DNA from: Negativicutes bacterium
GTDB taxonomy: Bacteria > Bacillota > Negativicutes > UBA1444
Assembly: GCA_963665275.2 (NCBI GenBank)
Contig: CAXXIN010000007.1
Location: 32,001-96,000, forward strand
Direction: 5' to 3'
Length of the DNA: 64,000 nucleotides
Shown here one piece after another: positions 18,154 to 27,352 of the stretch; positions within the stretch are counted from its first letter, which is position 1, and every line of letters starts with the position of its first letter. The translations under genes were made by a program, and so were the position numbers. The notes under the pieces were generated by a model. The model was not told the DNA's origin and did not search any database. It saw only the letters and a list, made by a program, of their open reading frames with translations.

Positions 18154-19173
18154 TTACGGTTTCAGAATGATCTTCACAGCTTTCTCATTCGGGTCAAGCG
18201 CAGCTTTCATCGCCTTGTCGACATCGGCCAGCGGGAAAACATGGGAAACCAGTTTCTCCAGATCCAGGGTCGAGGTAAGGGCCAGCGCAGTGTCGAAATC
18301 CCAACAGTAACCCTGGGATCCCTGCACGATGATTTCCTGTGAAACGAATATGGAAGCTGGAATCTGAATGGTCGGTTGTTCAAATATGCCCACCATCGTC
18401 GCCGTGCCACCTTTACAAAGGCAAGATATAGCTTGGACAAAGGTTTCCTCTCGTCCGGCGCACTCGAAGGATTTTCCGATACCCCGCCCGCCAGTGACTT
18501 CGCGCACGACATCCACTACCGAATCGTTCCGGGAGTTGACAGTCCGCGTCGCCCCCATGACTGCCGCCATTTGCAGGCGGGCTTCGGAGATGTCCGTAAT
18601 GATTATTTCCCGCGCGCCGGCAGCTTTGCTGACAGCTGCGATCAAAATACCGATGGGTCCGGCGCCGATAATGACTACTTTATCGCCGAGGCCGATTTTG
18701 GCGCGTTTGACCGCATGGACAGCCACTGCCAGCGGTTCGACCAACGCCCCTCCTTCATAGGAAAGATGCTCCGGCAGTTTGTAGACATAACGCTCATCGA
18801 CCACGAAATAATCGGCCATGGCGCCCTGCCCCTTGCGGTAATGGTAGCTCAGGTTGTCGCAGTAGCCATAGAGACCGCTCCTGCAGGGCGGGCAGTCGCC
18901 ACAGACAATGACAGGCTCGACCGTCACCCTGTCACCGATATGGACCGTTGTCACCCCCTCGCCTACCTCAATGACCTCGCCGGCTAGCTCGTGCCCCATA
19001 CTCATCGGTAAGGGCGCCGAAGGATGTTTTCCCTTATAAATGTGCAAATCGCCGCCACAAACACTTGTGGCCCTGATCGCAATCAGCACCTCTGTGTTGC
19101 CGAGTTTCGGGACTTCATGTTCGATGAGTTCGGCCGTTCCCGCCGTATGAACCATTGCCATTCTAGATTTCAC
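18154..19173 (-). CDS. Zn-dependent medium-chain (polyol/sugar-acid type) dehydrogenase
   Basis: CGGDLH, GHE, CGDCPPC...C structural Zn site, EPLAV, GAGPIG. Confidence 0.9.
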   Translation of the reverse strand: MKSRMAMVHTAGTAELIEHEVPKLGNTEVLIAIRATSVCGGDLHIYKGKHPSAPLPMSMGHELAGEVIEVGEGVTTVHIGDRVTVEPVIVCGDCPPCRSGLYGYCDNLSYHYRKGQGAMADYFVVDERYVYKLPEHLSYEGGALVEPLAVAVHAVKRAKIGLGDKVVIIGAGPIGILIAAVSKAAGAREIIITDISEARLQMAAVMGATRTVNSRNDSVVDVVREVTGGRGIGKSFECAGREETFVQAISCLCKGGTATMVGIFEQPTIQIPASIFVSQEIIVQGSQGYCWDFDTALALTSTLDLEKLVSHVFPLADVDKAMKAALDPNEKAVKIILKP

Positions 19174-19270
19174 AGTCGATGCCTCCTCTGCTTTGTTCCA
19201 ATATGTAAAGGCCGGATCAGACCGGCGTTGCTTTCTTGTTCAGTCAGATTGTTTTCTGATTGTTTATTTT

Positions 19271-19301
19271 GTGGGGACACCGCTATTCACGGTGTCCCCA
19301 C
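19271..19301. terminator. Intercistronic stem-loop after the binding-protein gene (mRNA stabiliser or partial terminator)
   Basis: Perfect 12-bp stem gtggggacaccg / cggtgtccccac. Confidence 0.55.
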
Positions 19302-19307
19302 TTGATC

Positions 19308-20501
19308 CTATTTTTTGTGTTTTTCCGGTACATAACGGCCAAGATCGATGTACTTGCCGTTTTCGAGTTTATACATTACCATCGACAAGCCTACCGGTTG
19401 GTGGGTTTGCGGCGAGATCGTAAGGATTCCGGTCGTTCCCTTCACACCAGTAACTTTATTCAGACCTTCGAGAATTTTATCGGGAGTAGCGCTACCGCCC
19501 TGTTTAATCGCTTCGGCCACAACCAATATTTTGTCGTAGCCCAGATAAACTTTATTGATGGGATCTTCGTTGTATTTTGCCTTGTAGGCGTTCCGCACTT
19601 CCGCCAATTGCGGTTCGGTATCAGAATAGTTGTTGGCAAAGTAAATGTTGTTGGCTGCCTGTGGATCGTTGAGCATCGAGGCGAACGGCGCTGCGTAGTC
19701 CAAGGCGCCAAGGAAGGGGATTGTCAGACCCAGCTGTTTGCTTTGCTTAGCGGTGATGATCAGCTCCTGTATGTAATTGGGAGCAAAAACAACATCTGCG
19801 CCTGAATTCTTGATTTTGTCCAATTGAGTTTTAAAATCTTTGTCGCCCTTGGAGTAAACTTCTTCGGCGACGATCGTCGCTCCGGCGGCCTTAGCATAAG
19901 CCTTAAACGGCGCCACGAGAGAAACCGCATAAGCATTGGACTGGTCATTGAAAATGGCGATCTTCTTCAGGCCCAGTTTTTCCACCGCATAACTGGCCAT
20001 GATTTCACCATATTGAACAGTACTTGGCTGCACCAGAAACATGGATGGATGCACTTTTCCATCGGTGCCTACAGTAGCGCGCGGATCAGCGAAACTGCCT
20101 ACGAAAGCCACTTTTTTGGCGTCAGCGATGGAGGCGAGGCCGATTCCGATGTTGCTGATCGGTGGTCCGATGACGACGACGGCTTTTTCCTGGTCTGCAA
20201 GACGATTAAAAGCCTTGATGGCTTCCTGCACATCGCCCTTGGTATCCATGCTGATCAATTTGATCTTGGCGCCGTTGAGTCCGCCCTGACCATTAATCTT
20301 GTCGATAGCCAGTTCAGCACCGCGTGTAACCGCGTTGCCCCATACAGAGGTTGGACCGCTCAGATCCTGCAGGTTGCCGACGATGATTTCTTTGGCGGCA
20401 GCCGGCGCCGCAGGTTTGGATGATTGACCGCCACAGCCCGCGAACAGAGCCATTCCTACAACCAGCAAACTAATCAGGGCAACTACTGTAACCTTTTTCA
20501 T
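19308..20501 (-). CDS. LivK/LivJ-like ABC substrate-binding lipoprotein
   Basis: Lipobox FAGC, LSGP, GAELAIDKINGQGGLNG, DKDFKTQL, GTTG. Confidence 0.9.
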   Translation of the reverse strand: MKKVTVVALISLLVVGMALFAGCGGQSSKPAAPAAAKEIIVGNLQDLSGPTSVWGNAVTRGAELAIDKINGQGGLNGAKIKLISMDTKGDVQEAIKAFNRLADQEKAVVVIGPPISNIGIGLASIADAKKVAFVGSFADPRATVGTDGKVHPSMFLVQPSTVQYGEIMASYAVEKLGLKKIAIFNDQSNAYAVSLVAPFKAYAKAAGATIVAEEVYSKGDKDFKTQLDKIKNSGADVVFAPNYIQELIITAKQSKQLGLTIPFLGALDYAAPFASMLNDPQAANNIYFANNYSDTEPQLAEVRNAYKAKYNEDPINKVYLGYDKILVVAEAIKQGGSATPDKILEGLNKVTGVKGTTGILTISPQTHQPVGLSMVMYKLENGKYIDLGRYVPEKHKK

Positions 20502-20587
20502 GTTTCTCCTCCTTCTTTCCCCAAAGCGAATTCGATAACGGAAACACGTGTGATCTTTCCAACTTCTCCCCCTTCCACCATCAACGG

Positions 20588-21946
20588 TTAAATATGTTCG
20601 GCTACCTGATCACTATCTGCCGGCGGCTTGCCTTCCCGCCCCTTCTGGTAAATGGGCGCATATTTTGCCGCATCCCGGGGAACACAGCCGGTACAGCCAC
20701 CGTCACGCATGATCGTGGTGCATTTGCTGCAGGCAAGACAGACCTTGCGTGGATCAAAAGCACCTTTGGTCAACAAGTCGGTGGCAAAATCCGGATAAGC
20801 AAAAGCCTGTCGACCGAACCCGGCCAATTTCAGCCATCCCTGCTGCACGCATGCCGCCGCTACATTCGGTGCAAACTGCCGCAGCCAGGTAAGTCCGGTT
20901 CCCATGATGGCCGCCTCCGGCACTGCCGCCTGCATGACCTTCGCCGCATTCAGCAGCAATTGAATACCTTCCAGCGGATGGAACGGCGAAACATAGCCAC
21001 CAATATCGCAGGGACGGGTCAGGTGCGGATTATAGTAAGGATTTCCCAAACTGATGTTGAAGAGCTTGACTCCTTTTTCCCACAGGATCTGCATCAGTTG
21101 AACGGGTTCGGTGAAATCCGGCTTGTGGTAATCATCCTTGTCCACGCCCCAGCCATAAGGCTGCGGCACTTCGTCGAACACTCCCAGACGGACTGCCAGT
21201 GTGATCCGGTCTCCGAGTTTATTTCTGACCTTGTCGACAATATTGCAGAGAAAACGGGTTCGATTTTCAAAACTGCCGCCGTAAGGACCGGGACGGGTTC
21301 TCGCCCCTAACAGTTCCGCCATCAGGTACCCATGGCAGGCCTTGATGTCCACCGCATCGAAACCGGCGTCGGCTGCCGCCTCGGCGGCGGCCACGTAAGT
21401 ATCCTCCAGCGCTTCCAGTTCCGCGTCGGAAATGACAGTAACGCTGGTGAACTTCGCATCGAGATGGGGATTGTGGGCGGCGACGATTGGAGCCGGGACT
21501 CCTGCCGGTTTGCTGTTGCGGCCTGAATGATTTAGTTGGACGACCGTATATGGCTTCGGATGTCCGGCTTTGCGGGCGGCTTCCAGCGCGTCTTGCAACA
21601 AAGAGGCATAAGCATCCTTCACTTCGGCATTCAACATCAATTGACGGGGATTGGCCCTTCCTTCGCTGACAACAGAAGTCGCTTCAAACCATAACAGTCC
21701 GGCGCCGCCGGCAGCAAAGCGTTCATAACGCCGCCGGGTAAGGTCACTTGGTCTGCCGTCGCCTGTACCGTCACAGCCCTCCATTGGGTTGACTGCCAGT
21801 CGATTGGGTACGGTTTTGCCGTCAATAACCAACGGCTGCCCCAAAATGCTAAGATCAGTCGACAGTGGAATATCGACGCCGATCCGGGCAATGTCCTGTT
21901 TGAGTTCTTCCAACGTTTTGTAGCTGAATTTCGCGTGCTGTGCCAT
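20588..21946 (-). CDS. NADH:flavin oxidoreductase (Old Yellow Enzyme family)
   Basis: NRLAVNPMEG, GGAGLLWFEA, QLNHSGR, GFDAVDIKACHGYL, YGGSFENRTRF, C-terminal CLACSKC; ATG 21946 after GGAGG. Confidence 0.88.
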   Translation of the reverse strand: MAQHAKFSYKTLEELKQDIARIGVDIPLSTDLSILGQPLVIDGKTVPNRLAVNPMEGCDGTGDGRPSDLTRRRYERFAAGGAGLLWFEATSVVSEGRANPRQLMLNAEVKDAYASLLQDALEAARKAGHPKPYTVVQLNHSGRNSKPAGVPAPIVAAHNPHLDAKFTSVTVISDAELEALEDTYVAAAEAAADAGFDAVDIKACHGYLMAELLGARTRPGPYGGSFENRTRFLCNIVDKVRNKLGDRITLAVRLGVFDEVPQPYGWGVDKDDYHKPDFTEPVQLMQILWEKGVKLFNISLGNPYYNPHLTRPCDIGGYVSPFHPLEGIQLLLNAAKVMQAAVPEAAIMGTGLTWLRQFAPNVAAACVQQGWLKLAGFGRQAFAYPDFATDLLTKGAFDPRKVCLACSKCTTIMRDGGCTGCVPRDAAKYAPIYQKGREGKPPADSDQVAEHI

Positions 21947-22027
21947 GGTAGCCCCTCCATTATTCATCAGTTTCTTGTTATTTGCTGTTCTCATTGTCAT
22001 ACATACATTTCGGATTACCTCTGCAAA

Positions 22028-23020
22028 CTAAATCACCGATTTTCGGATAACCAACTGCGCCGGCAGAACTTCGATTTTGGGTCGTTTGGTTCGGCCTTTT
22101 TCAATCAGATCAATCAATCTGAGGCAGGCGCGGACTCCCATCTCATAAAAAGGCTGCGCCACGGTCGTCAGCGGTGGATCGATCTGAGTGGAAAAATCCA
22201 GATTATCAAACCCCATCACGGAGATATCTTGCGGCACCCGCAGCCCCATATCCCGAATCGCCCGGATAATTCCCATCGCCTTGGGATCGCTGGTGGCGAA
22301 TACTGCGTCCGGCCTATTGCCTGCTTCCAAAAGGTTTTTCATCACCTCATACCCATCATCCCAACCGCTGATTCCGTGAATGACCATACCGGCTGGTTCA
22401 GCCATCTTAGCCTCACGCATCGCCCGCAAATATCCTTCATAGCGGTCCCGGTAAAGAGGCAGGTCGAGACTTCCGTTGATGAACGCCAGTTTTTTCAAAC
22501 CACGGGACAGCATGTACCTGGTCGCTTCATACGCTCCGCCCTCATTGTCGAGCACCACCGTATTAATCGACTTACCGAGCTGGCGAATCAAAAAGACAGC
22601 CGGCACACCTTCAGACGGAAGATTCAACAAATATTCATGCCCGGGGCGGGCCGTTGAAAAAATAAACCCATCGATCAATCGGCGACGCAGGCTGTCAATA
22701 TATGATCTTTCTTTAGCAATATTTTCATCCGTATTGCATAAAACAACCGTGTATCCATTCTCCTCTGCCGTGTCTTCGATACCGCGTATAGCTGCGGGAA
22801 AGACCAGACTGCGTATGTTCGGAACAACCAGTCCGATCGTGCGAAGACTACCGCCCTTGAGTCCCTGCGCAAAAGCATTAGGCTGGTATTTCAACTTGCC
22901 CACGGCCTCCATCACACGATTCCGAGCTTCTTCACTTACAGGCACATTTCCGGTAAGCACCCGCGAGACTGTGCTGGTGGAAACACCTGCAGCCTTCGCC
23001 ACATCATGAATGTTAACCAA
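22028..23020 (-). CDS. LacI-family transcriptional regulator
   Basis: IHDVAKAAGVSTSTVSRVL HTH, YQPNAFAQGL, VPQDISVMGFD, PPLTTV; TTG 23020 after GGAGG. Confidence 0.92.
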   Translation of the reverse strand: MVNIHDVAKAAGVSTSTVSRVLTGNVPVSEEARNRVMEAVGKLKYQPNAFAQGLKGGSLRTIGLVVPNIRSLVFPAAIRGIEDTAEENGYTVVLCNTDENIAKERSYIDSLRRRLIDGFIFSTARPGHEYLLNLPSEGVPAVFLIRQLGKSINTVVLDNEGGAYEATRYMLSRGLKKLAFINGSLDLPLYRDRYEGYLRAMREAKMAEPAGMVIHGISGWDDGYEVMKNLLEAGNRPDAVFATSDPKAMGIIRAIRDMGLRVPQDISVMGFDNLDFSTQIDPPLTTVAQPFYEMGVRACLRLIDLIEKGRTKRPKIEVLPAQLVIRKSVI

Positions 23021-23036
23021 TGAAGTTCCTCCAGTC

Positions 23037-23062
23037 TGCAAACGTTTCTGCAATCGTTTTCA
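23037..23062. promoter_or_regulatory. Two overlapping LacI/cre-like operators
   Basis: TGCAAACGTTTCTG overlapping TGCAATCGTTTTCA, both CG-centred, directly upstream of the lacI SD. Confidence 0.7.
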
Positions 23063-23159
23063 TGATATTATTTCGATCATTTACAGATAAATTCCTGCTT
23101 GTCAGAAAATTTTATTTAACTGACTTTTTACAAGATGAGTGTAAATATTACGGGGGCAT

Positions 23160-23190
23160 AAAAAAGCGCACTGAATCACAGCGCGCTTTT
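23160..23190 (-). terminator. Intrinsic terminator after the CDGSH gene
   Basis: aaaagcgcactg / cagcgcgctttt stem with T tail on the minus strand. Confidence 0.65.
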
Positions 23191-23219
23191 CCTTACTTAA
23201 TCTAATACCTTAAAAACGA

Positions 23220-23357
23220 TTAGACAGTTTTGTGTGTTCCGTCACAAAACGGCTGGGTGGCTCTGCGGCCGCAGGCACACCAATAGTAGGTGTCGCCTTT
23301 CTTGAAATCTGCCGCGATTGGAGTTTTTTGACTGATAATTGGTTGTTCCATTTTCAT
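23220..23357 (-). CDS. Small CDGSH iron-sulfur (NEET-type 2Fe-2S) protein, 45 aa, not in the ORF track
   Basis: Manual translation MKMEQPIISQKTPIAADFKKGDTYYWCACGRRATQPFCDGTHKTV matches WCxCGxxxxxPFCDG(S/T)H. Confidence 0.85.
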   Translation of the reverse strand: MKMEQPIISQKTPIAADFKKGDTYYWCACGRRATQPFCDGTHKTV

Positions 23358-23420
23358 CTCTCTCTTTTTCGTGTTCTTAATCATCGCGCTGGTTGTGGAA
23401 TTCTGCAGCTTGAGCCTACT

Positions 23421-23984
23421 TCAAATCCGTTTCGGCGTGTTGGCTTCAATCCATGAGGCAAATGATATCATGAATTTTTGCAAAAATTGTTGCGTCCCCT
23501 CGCTGTTGAAAGCACCCGCCTCATCAAACAGCGCTGCGACATTGCCAATATAGGCCTCAGGCTGTTGCATAGTCGGTACATTTAAAAATACCAGCGATTG
23601 CCGCAAATGATGGTTGGCGCCAAACGCACTCAACCCACCGGGCGATACACTCACCACTGCACCGGGTTTCCCATCCCAGACACTTTGTCCATAAGGACGC
23701 GAGCCGACGTCTAGAGCATTCTTCAATACCCCCGGCACAGATCGGTTGTATTCCGGCGTTACGAACAGAATCGCATCAAATTCTTTTGCCCGCTCACGAA
23801 ATGCTTTCCATTCAGCTGGAGGATTCTCATCAAAGTCTTGATTATAGAGGCTGAGATTGCTGATTTCGATTATTTCTGCTGAAAAGCCTGCCGGTACCAA
23901 CCTTATCAGTTCCTTTGCTATTTTTCGGCTATAGGATTCTTTGCGAAGACTCCCAATGAGTACGCCAATCTTCTTCGTATCCAT
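23421..23984 (-). CDS. NAD(P)H-dependent FMN reductase (ChrR-like)
   Basis: GSLRKES, TPEYNRSVPGVLKNALD, GKP, HLRQ, QPE. Confidence 0.92.
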   Translation of the reverse strand: MDTKKIGVLIGSLRKESYSRKIAKELIRLVPAGFSAEIIEISNLSLYNQDFDENPPAEWKAFRERAKEFDAILFVTPEYNRSVPGVLKNALDVGSRPYGQSVWDGKPGAVVSVSPGGLSAFGANHHLRQSLVFLNVPTMQQPEAYIGNVAALFDEAGAFNSEGTQQFLQKFMISFASWIEANTPKRI

Positions 23985-24014
23985 CTACATTCCCTCCAGA
24001 AATTCAATACTTCC

Positions 24015-24395
24015 TTATACCATCTTATGCGTAAGTTGTTGTGAAAGCAATGGTACGATTTCATACAAATCGCCGACGATCCCATAATCGGCGTGGGCGA
24101 ATATCGGCGCGGCTGCGTCGGAATTGATCGCTTTTTGACCGGAGATTTACACATAATGATCCAGCGGCAGCCACTCTTTTTCTTCCGCAATCGGCCGGGA
24201 ACACCCTAATGCAGCGCTCATGGTTGGCGCCAACGTTTCGATCAGGGACAAATCCTCTTTTGCTTTTAGCCCGCGCCCGATGCTGCAGATCTTATCGGCT
24301 TAGTTTAATGTGCACATCCGGCTGCTCAATTTTGTCCGTCTTGGTAAAAACGCCTTCACCCCGCATATAATCGATGAACGCGGTTACCTTTTGTC
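24015..24395 (-). pseudogene. Remnant of electron-transfer flavoprotein genes (EtfA C-terminal domain, possibly an EtfB tail)
   Basis: Manual translation ADKICSIGRGLK...[49 protein letters not shown]; in-frame stop and internal deletion. Confidence 0.8.
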
Positions 24396-24428
24396 TTTAG
24401 ACAAAGAAAAATCCACTCCATCAAATAT

Positions 24429-24446
24429 TTACAATTTAAATTGTAA
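24429..24446. promoter_or_regulatory. Perfect 18-bp palindrome TTACAATTTAAATTGTAA (putative repressor operator)
   Basis: Exact self-reverse-complement; overlaps a minus-strand TACAAT, with TTGACA at 24465-24470. Confidence 0.5.
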
Positions 24447-24852
24447 TGTCTAAACCTACTTTAATGTCAACAATTATTGCAAAATAAAAAGCGCACCCCT
24501 TTGGACACGCTTTTCACCATTATCTGATTAATGTTCTTCCCGATCTTAATTCTCGATCATTTTCACCGGAATTTGGATTGATGACAAGTGTTTTAGGCTA
24601 TTATTGGGTGATGAATTGATCAATAATAATCCGTTCCACCGAGTCGCCGGCGACAATATAGCCTTTTTCATCCCTGTAAATTCATTCACCGGATCAAGTT
24701 GCTTAGACATTCTTCATCTCCCAGCAGTTCCTACTATCAGCATTTTACCCCGAATTCGTGGCTAAAGAGAATCGTGATGTGAAAACAAGGATTTTTACCC
24801 CGAAGCAGCTAATTCCCTGAATAGCAATAAAGTCGGATCTGGAGGAACTGTT

Positions 24853-26478
24853 TTGAATTGGCGATATAAAATACTCGCGACCTTCGCGAGTCTCTTTATT
24901 GTAATTATTTGCGTCGAAGCCGCTGATATATTTGGCTTTCAAAGTTTTCGTCCCGTCGTCGCCGTCAGCAAGGCTGGTAATGAAACAGTACTGTCCTGGC
25001 AGCGCCTTCCCTACCCTGCCTATTATGAAATTGAAGTGCTAACCCGTCTGCCTTCCGCAGAAACCAGTTCCGCCAAGACACCCTACCGTCTTATGCATTT
25101 CCACACCTTTAAAAATGAATGGACTCTGTCACAAGATTTTCCGTTTCAGACGTACTGGCGGGTGTCGGCGTCCGGAATGCTGCGCCACCCTCTAGGAACC
25201 TGGTCCGACCCTGTCACCATTTCCACCACGGCGGCGGAACCGGTAACTGAATTTGCCGCGATCAAGCCCCTCCCCTCTGCCAAAGCGCCTTCCGCGAAAA
25301 CAGTCGGGCCGCAACCGATACTTACCTGGTCCGTGGTTCCCGACGCCGTTTACTATGAAATCGAGTTTTTAGACCGTCCGCCCGAAAATCCGAATGGAGT
25401 GGACGAATCAAAACATCGAATTTTTGCATCGCGAGAAGTATTCGTGAACGGGTATAATCCAGATTTGCAAAACCTCAGTATCCGCAACCTGTACTGGAGG
25501 GTGCGCGGCCTGGATGTCCAGGGAAATCCCATCGGGGTTTTCTCTGATGCACAGCAGATTGTAGTCGACAAAACAAAAAAAGAGCCGCTAAAGCCGCTCA
25601 TTACTTCCGAACTAGGAAAAAAAGGCACCGCCGATCTGTTGTATCCCGTTTACTCCTGGATTCCGTTAAAGGAAACTGCTGTCTACGAAGTTGAGCTCAC
25701 CCGCACTCTTCCCGAGAACCCCAACGGAACAGAACCATCCCGCTATCGCATCTGGAGTTCGCGGGCCATCGGGTTCGCCTGCTATGATGAATACCCCCGC
25801 ATAGAGCCTGGTCTCTATTATTACAGGGTCAGAGGCATTATCTCCGACGGTGACCCGCTCGGAGTCTGGTCTGATGTTGCCACGTTCGATGTTGATCCCC
25901 GGCGAGGTAACTTCGCCGCCACCTTTGGCGACAGCATCACCCACGGCGGTGGCGCCATCTCCTATTCGCCGGCGGACTGGGCCTATGACTACCAGACCTA
26001 TCTGAAATTCCCCACTTATAACCTGGGACGCAGCGGCGATACTGCCGAAACAACGGCCGCCCGTTTTGACGCCGATGTATTGCCTTTTAAACCTCGCTTC
26101 CTCATCATCATGACCGGCACCAACAGTCTGCGCGCCAGTGTGGAGGGCGAGAGCGTCATTCGCGATCTTCAGAGCATCCGTGATAAATGCCTGGCCAATG
26201 GAATCCGGCCGATCTTCCTCACGTTGCCCCCCATCAATCCCGATGCCATCCATCGCACCTTCAGCGAAGAAACCTCTCCCCACTGGCAACAAGAACTGCA
26301 GATAGTCAACGCCTGGGTGCGGCGGCAACCTTATTTTGTAGACCTATACCCTCATTTTACGGATGAAGCGGGTGAACTGCCCGACCATTTCGCCATCGAC
26401 GGCCTTCATTACGATATTTCAGGCAAAAGACTGATGGCCACCCTGATCAATGCCAACTGGGAGCGGCTCACCCGGTAA
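24853..26478 (+). CDS. Secreted SGNH/GDSL hydrolase with three N-terminal Fn3-like repeats
   Basis: N-terminal hydrophobic segment, FGDSIT, GRSGDT, GTN, DGLH; three W...YE...Y(W/Y)RV...G.P.G..SD repeats. Confidence 0.85.
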   Translation: MNWRYKILATFASLFIVIICVEAADIFGFQSFRPVVAVSKAGNETVLSWQRLPYPAYYEIEVLTRLPSAETSSAKTPYRLMHFHTFKNEWTLSQDFPFQTYWRVSASGMLRHPLGTWSDPVTISTTAAEPVTEFAAIKPLPSAKAPSAKTVGPQPILTWSVVPDAVYYEIEFLDRPPENPNGVDESKHRIFASREVFVNGYNPDLQNLSIRNLYWRVRGLDVQGNPIGVFSDAQQIVVDKTKKEPLKPLITSELGKKGTADLLYPVYSWIPLKETAVYEVELTRTLPENPNGTEPSRYRIWSSRAIGFACYDEYPRIEPGLYYYRVRGIISDGDPLGVWSDVATFDVDPRRGNFAATFGDSITHGGGAISYSPADWAYDYQTYLKFPTYNLGRSGDTAETTAARFDADVLPFKPRFLIIMTGTNSLRASVEGESVIRDLQSIRDKCLANGIRPIFLTLPPINPDAIHRTFSEETSPHWQQELQIVNAWVRRQPYFVDLYPHFTDEAGELPDHFAIDGLHYDISGKRLMATLINANWERLTR

Positions 26479-27352
26479 CAGGCGCTTTTTCCTGAGCCAG
26501 CAAAGAGTCCCGCAGTTGCTTGGCCTCGCTGAAATAGTCGTGTATGCTGGACCTGTCGCCGGAGCGGATCATCCGGGACACGTCCGAAAGCACCAATGCC
26601 AGTTCCTCGAGATTATTCGCGATATTATCCGGGTTGGTCATACAGATATCCGCCCACATATCGGCATCTGATGAAGCGATTCGAGTCGTGTCGCGAAATC
26701 CGCCTCCGATGAACCGGGCCGTTTCGGTCGGGTTCATTTCTTTTTTCAACAGATGTACCAACGCTGCCGCTGCAACATGGGGCACGTGGCTAATCACCGC
26801 CGTCACCTGGTCATGCTGCTCAACCGCCATGACTGCTGTCATGGCACCCGTCAATCCTACGAGTCGCTGCAGTTCCGCCACCAGGTTGGGCGCCGCATCT
26901 GTCGCCGGCGTGAAAATATACCACCGATTCAAAAACAAATCCGACATGGCCGCTGCCAACCCGCTCTTTTCCCTGCCGGCCATCGGATGTCCCCCGATAT
27001 ATTGAATCCCCAGGGGCAACAAAGGACGCAGCGTATCCGAAAACCAGCGTTTGGTACTGCCGACGTCAGTCAAAACTGCTCCCGATTTCATATGAGGCAG
27101 CACACTCAGGGCCATGGAAAGCATCTGTAACACTGGCGTACATAGAAATACGAAATCGGCGTCTTTGACGGCTTCCTGCGGTGAGGCCGCCATAACGTCC
27201 ACCGCTCCCAGGGAGAGAGCCTGTTCGCCTGTCTCCCTCCGGCGGGCATAGCCGGTCACATGAATTTTTTCAGTTTCGATGCACCGAAAAGCCAGCCCCA
27301 GAGAACCGCCGATCAGGCCCAACCCTAAAATGGAAACCCTGGTGTTTTTCAT
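26468..27352 (-). CDS. tyrA: Prephenate dehydrogenase
   Basis: [24 protein letters not shown]...[15 protein letters not shown]. Confidence 0.93.
   Translation of the reverse strand: MKNTRVSILGLGLIGGSLGLAFRCIETEKIHVTGYARRRETGEQALSLGAVDVMAASPQEAVKDADFVFLCTPVLQMLSMALSVLPHMKSGAVLTDVGSTKRWFSDTLRPLLPLGIQYIGGHPMAGREKSGLAAAMSDLFLNRWYIFTPATDAAPNLVAELQRLVGLTGAMTAVMAVEQHDQVTAVISHVPHVAAAALVHLLKKEMNPTETARFIGGGFRDTTRIASSDADMWADICMTNPDNIANNLEELALVLSDVSRMIRSGDRSSIHDYFSEAKQLRDSLLAQEKAPVTG

Noticed and set aside
26468-26478. Convergent 3' overlaps (also 32319-32329 and 44889-44892)
   Set aside because: Short tail-to-tail overlaps are common and uninformative
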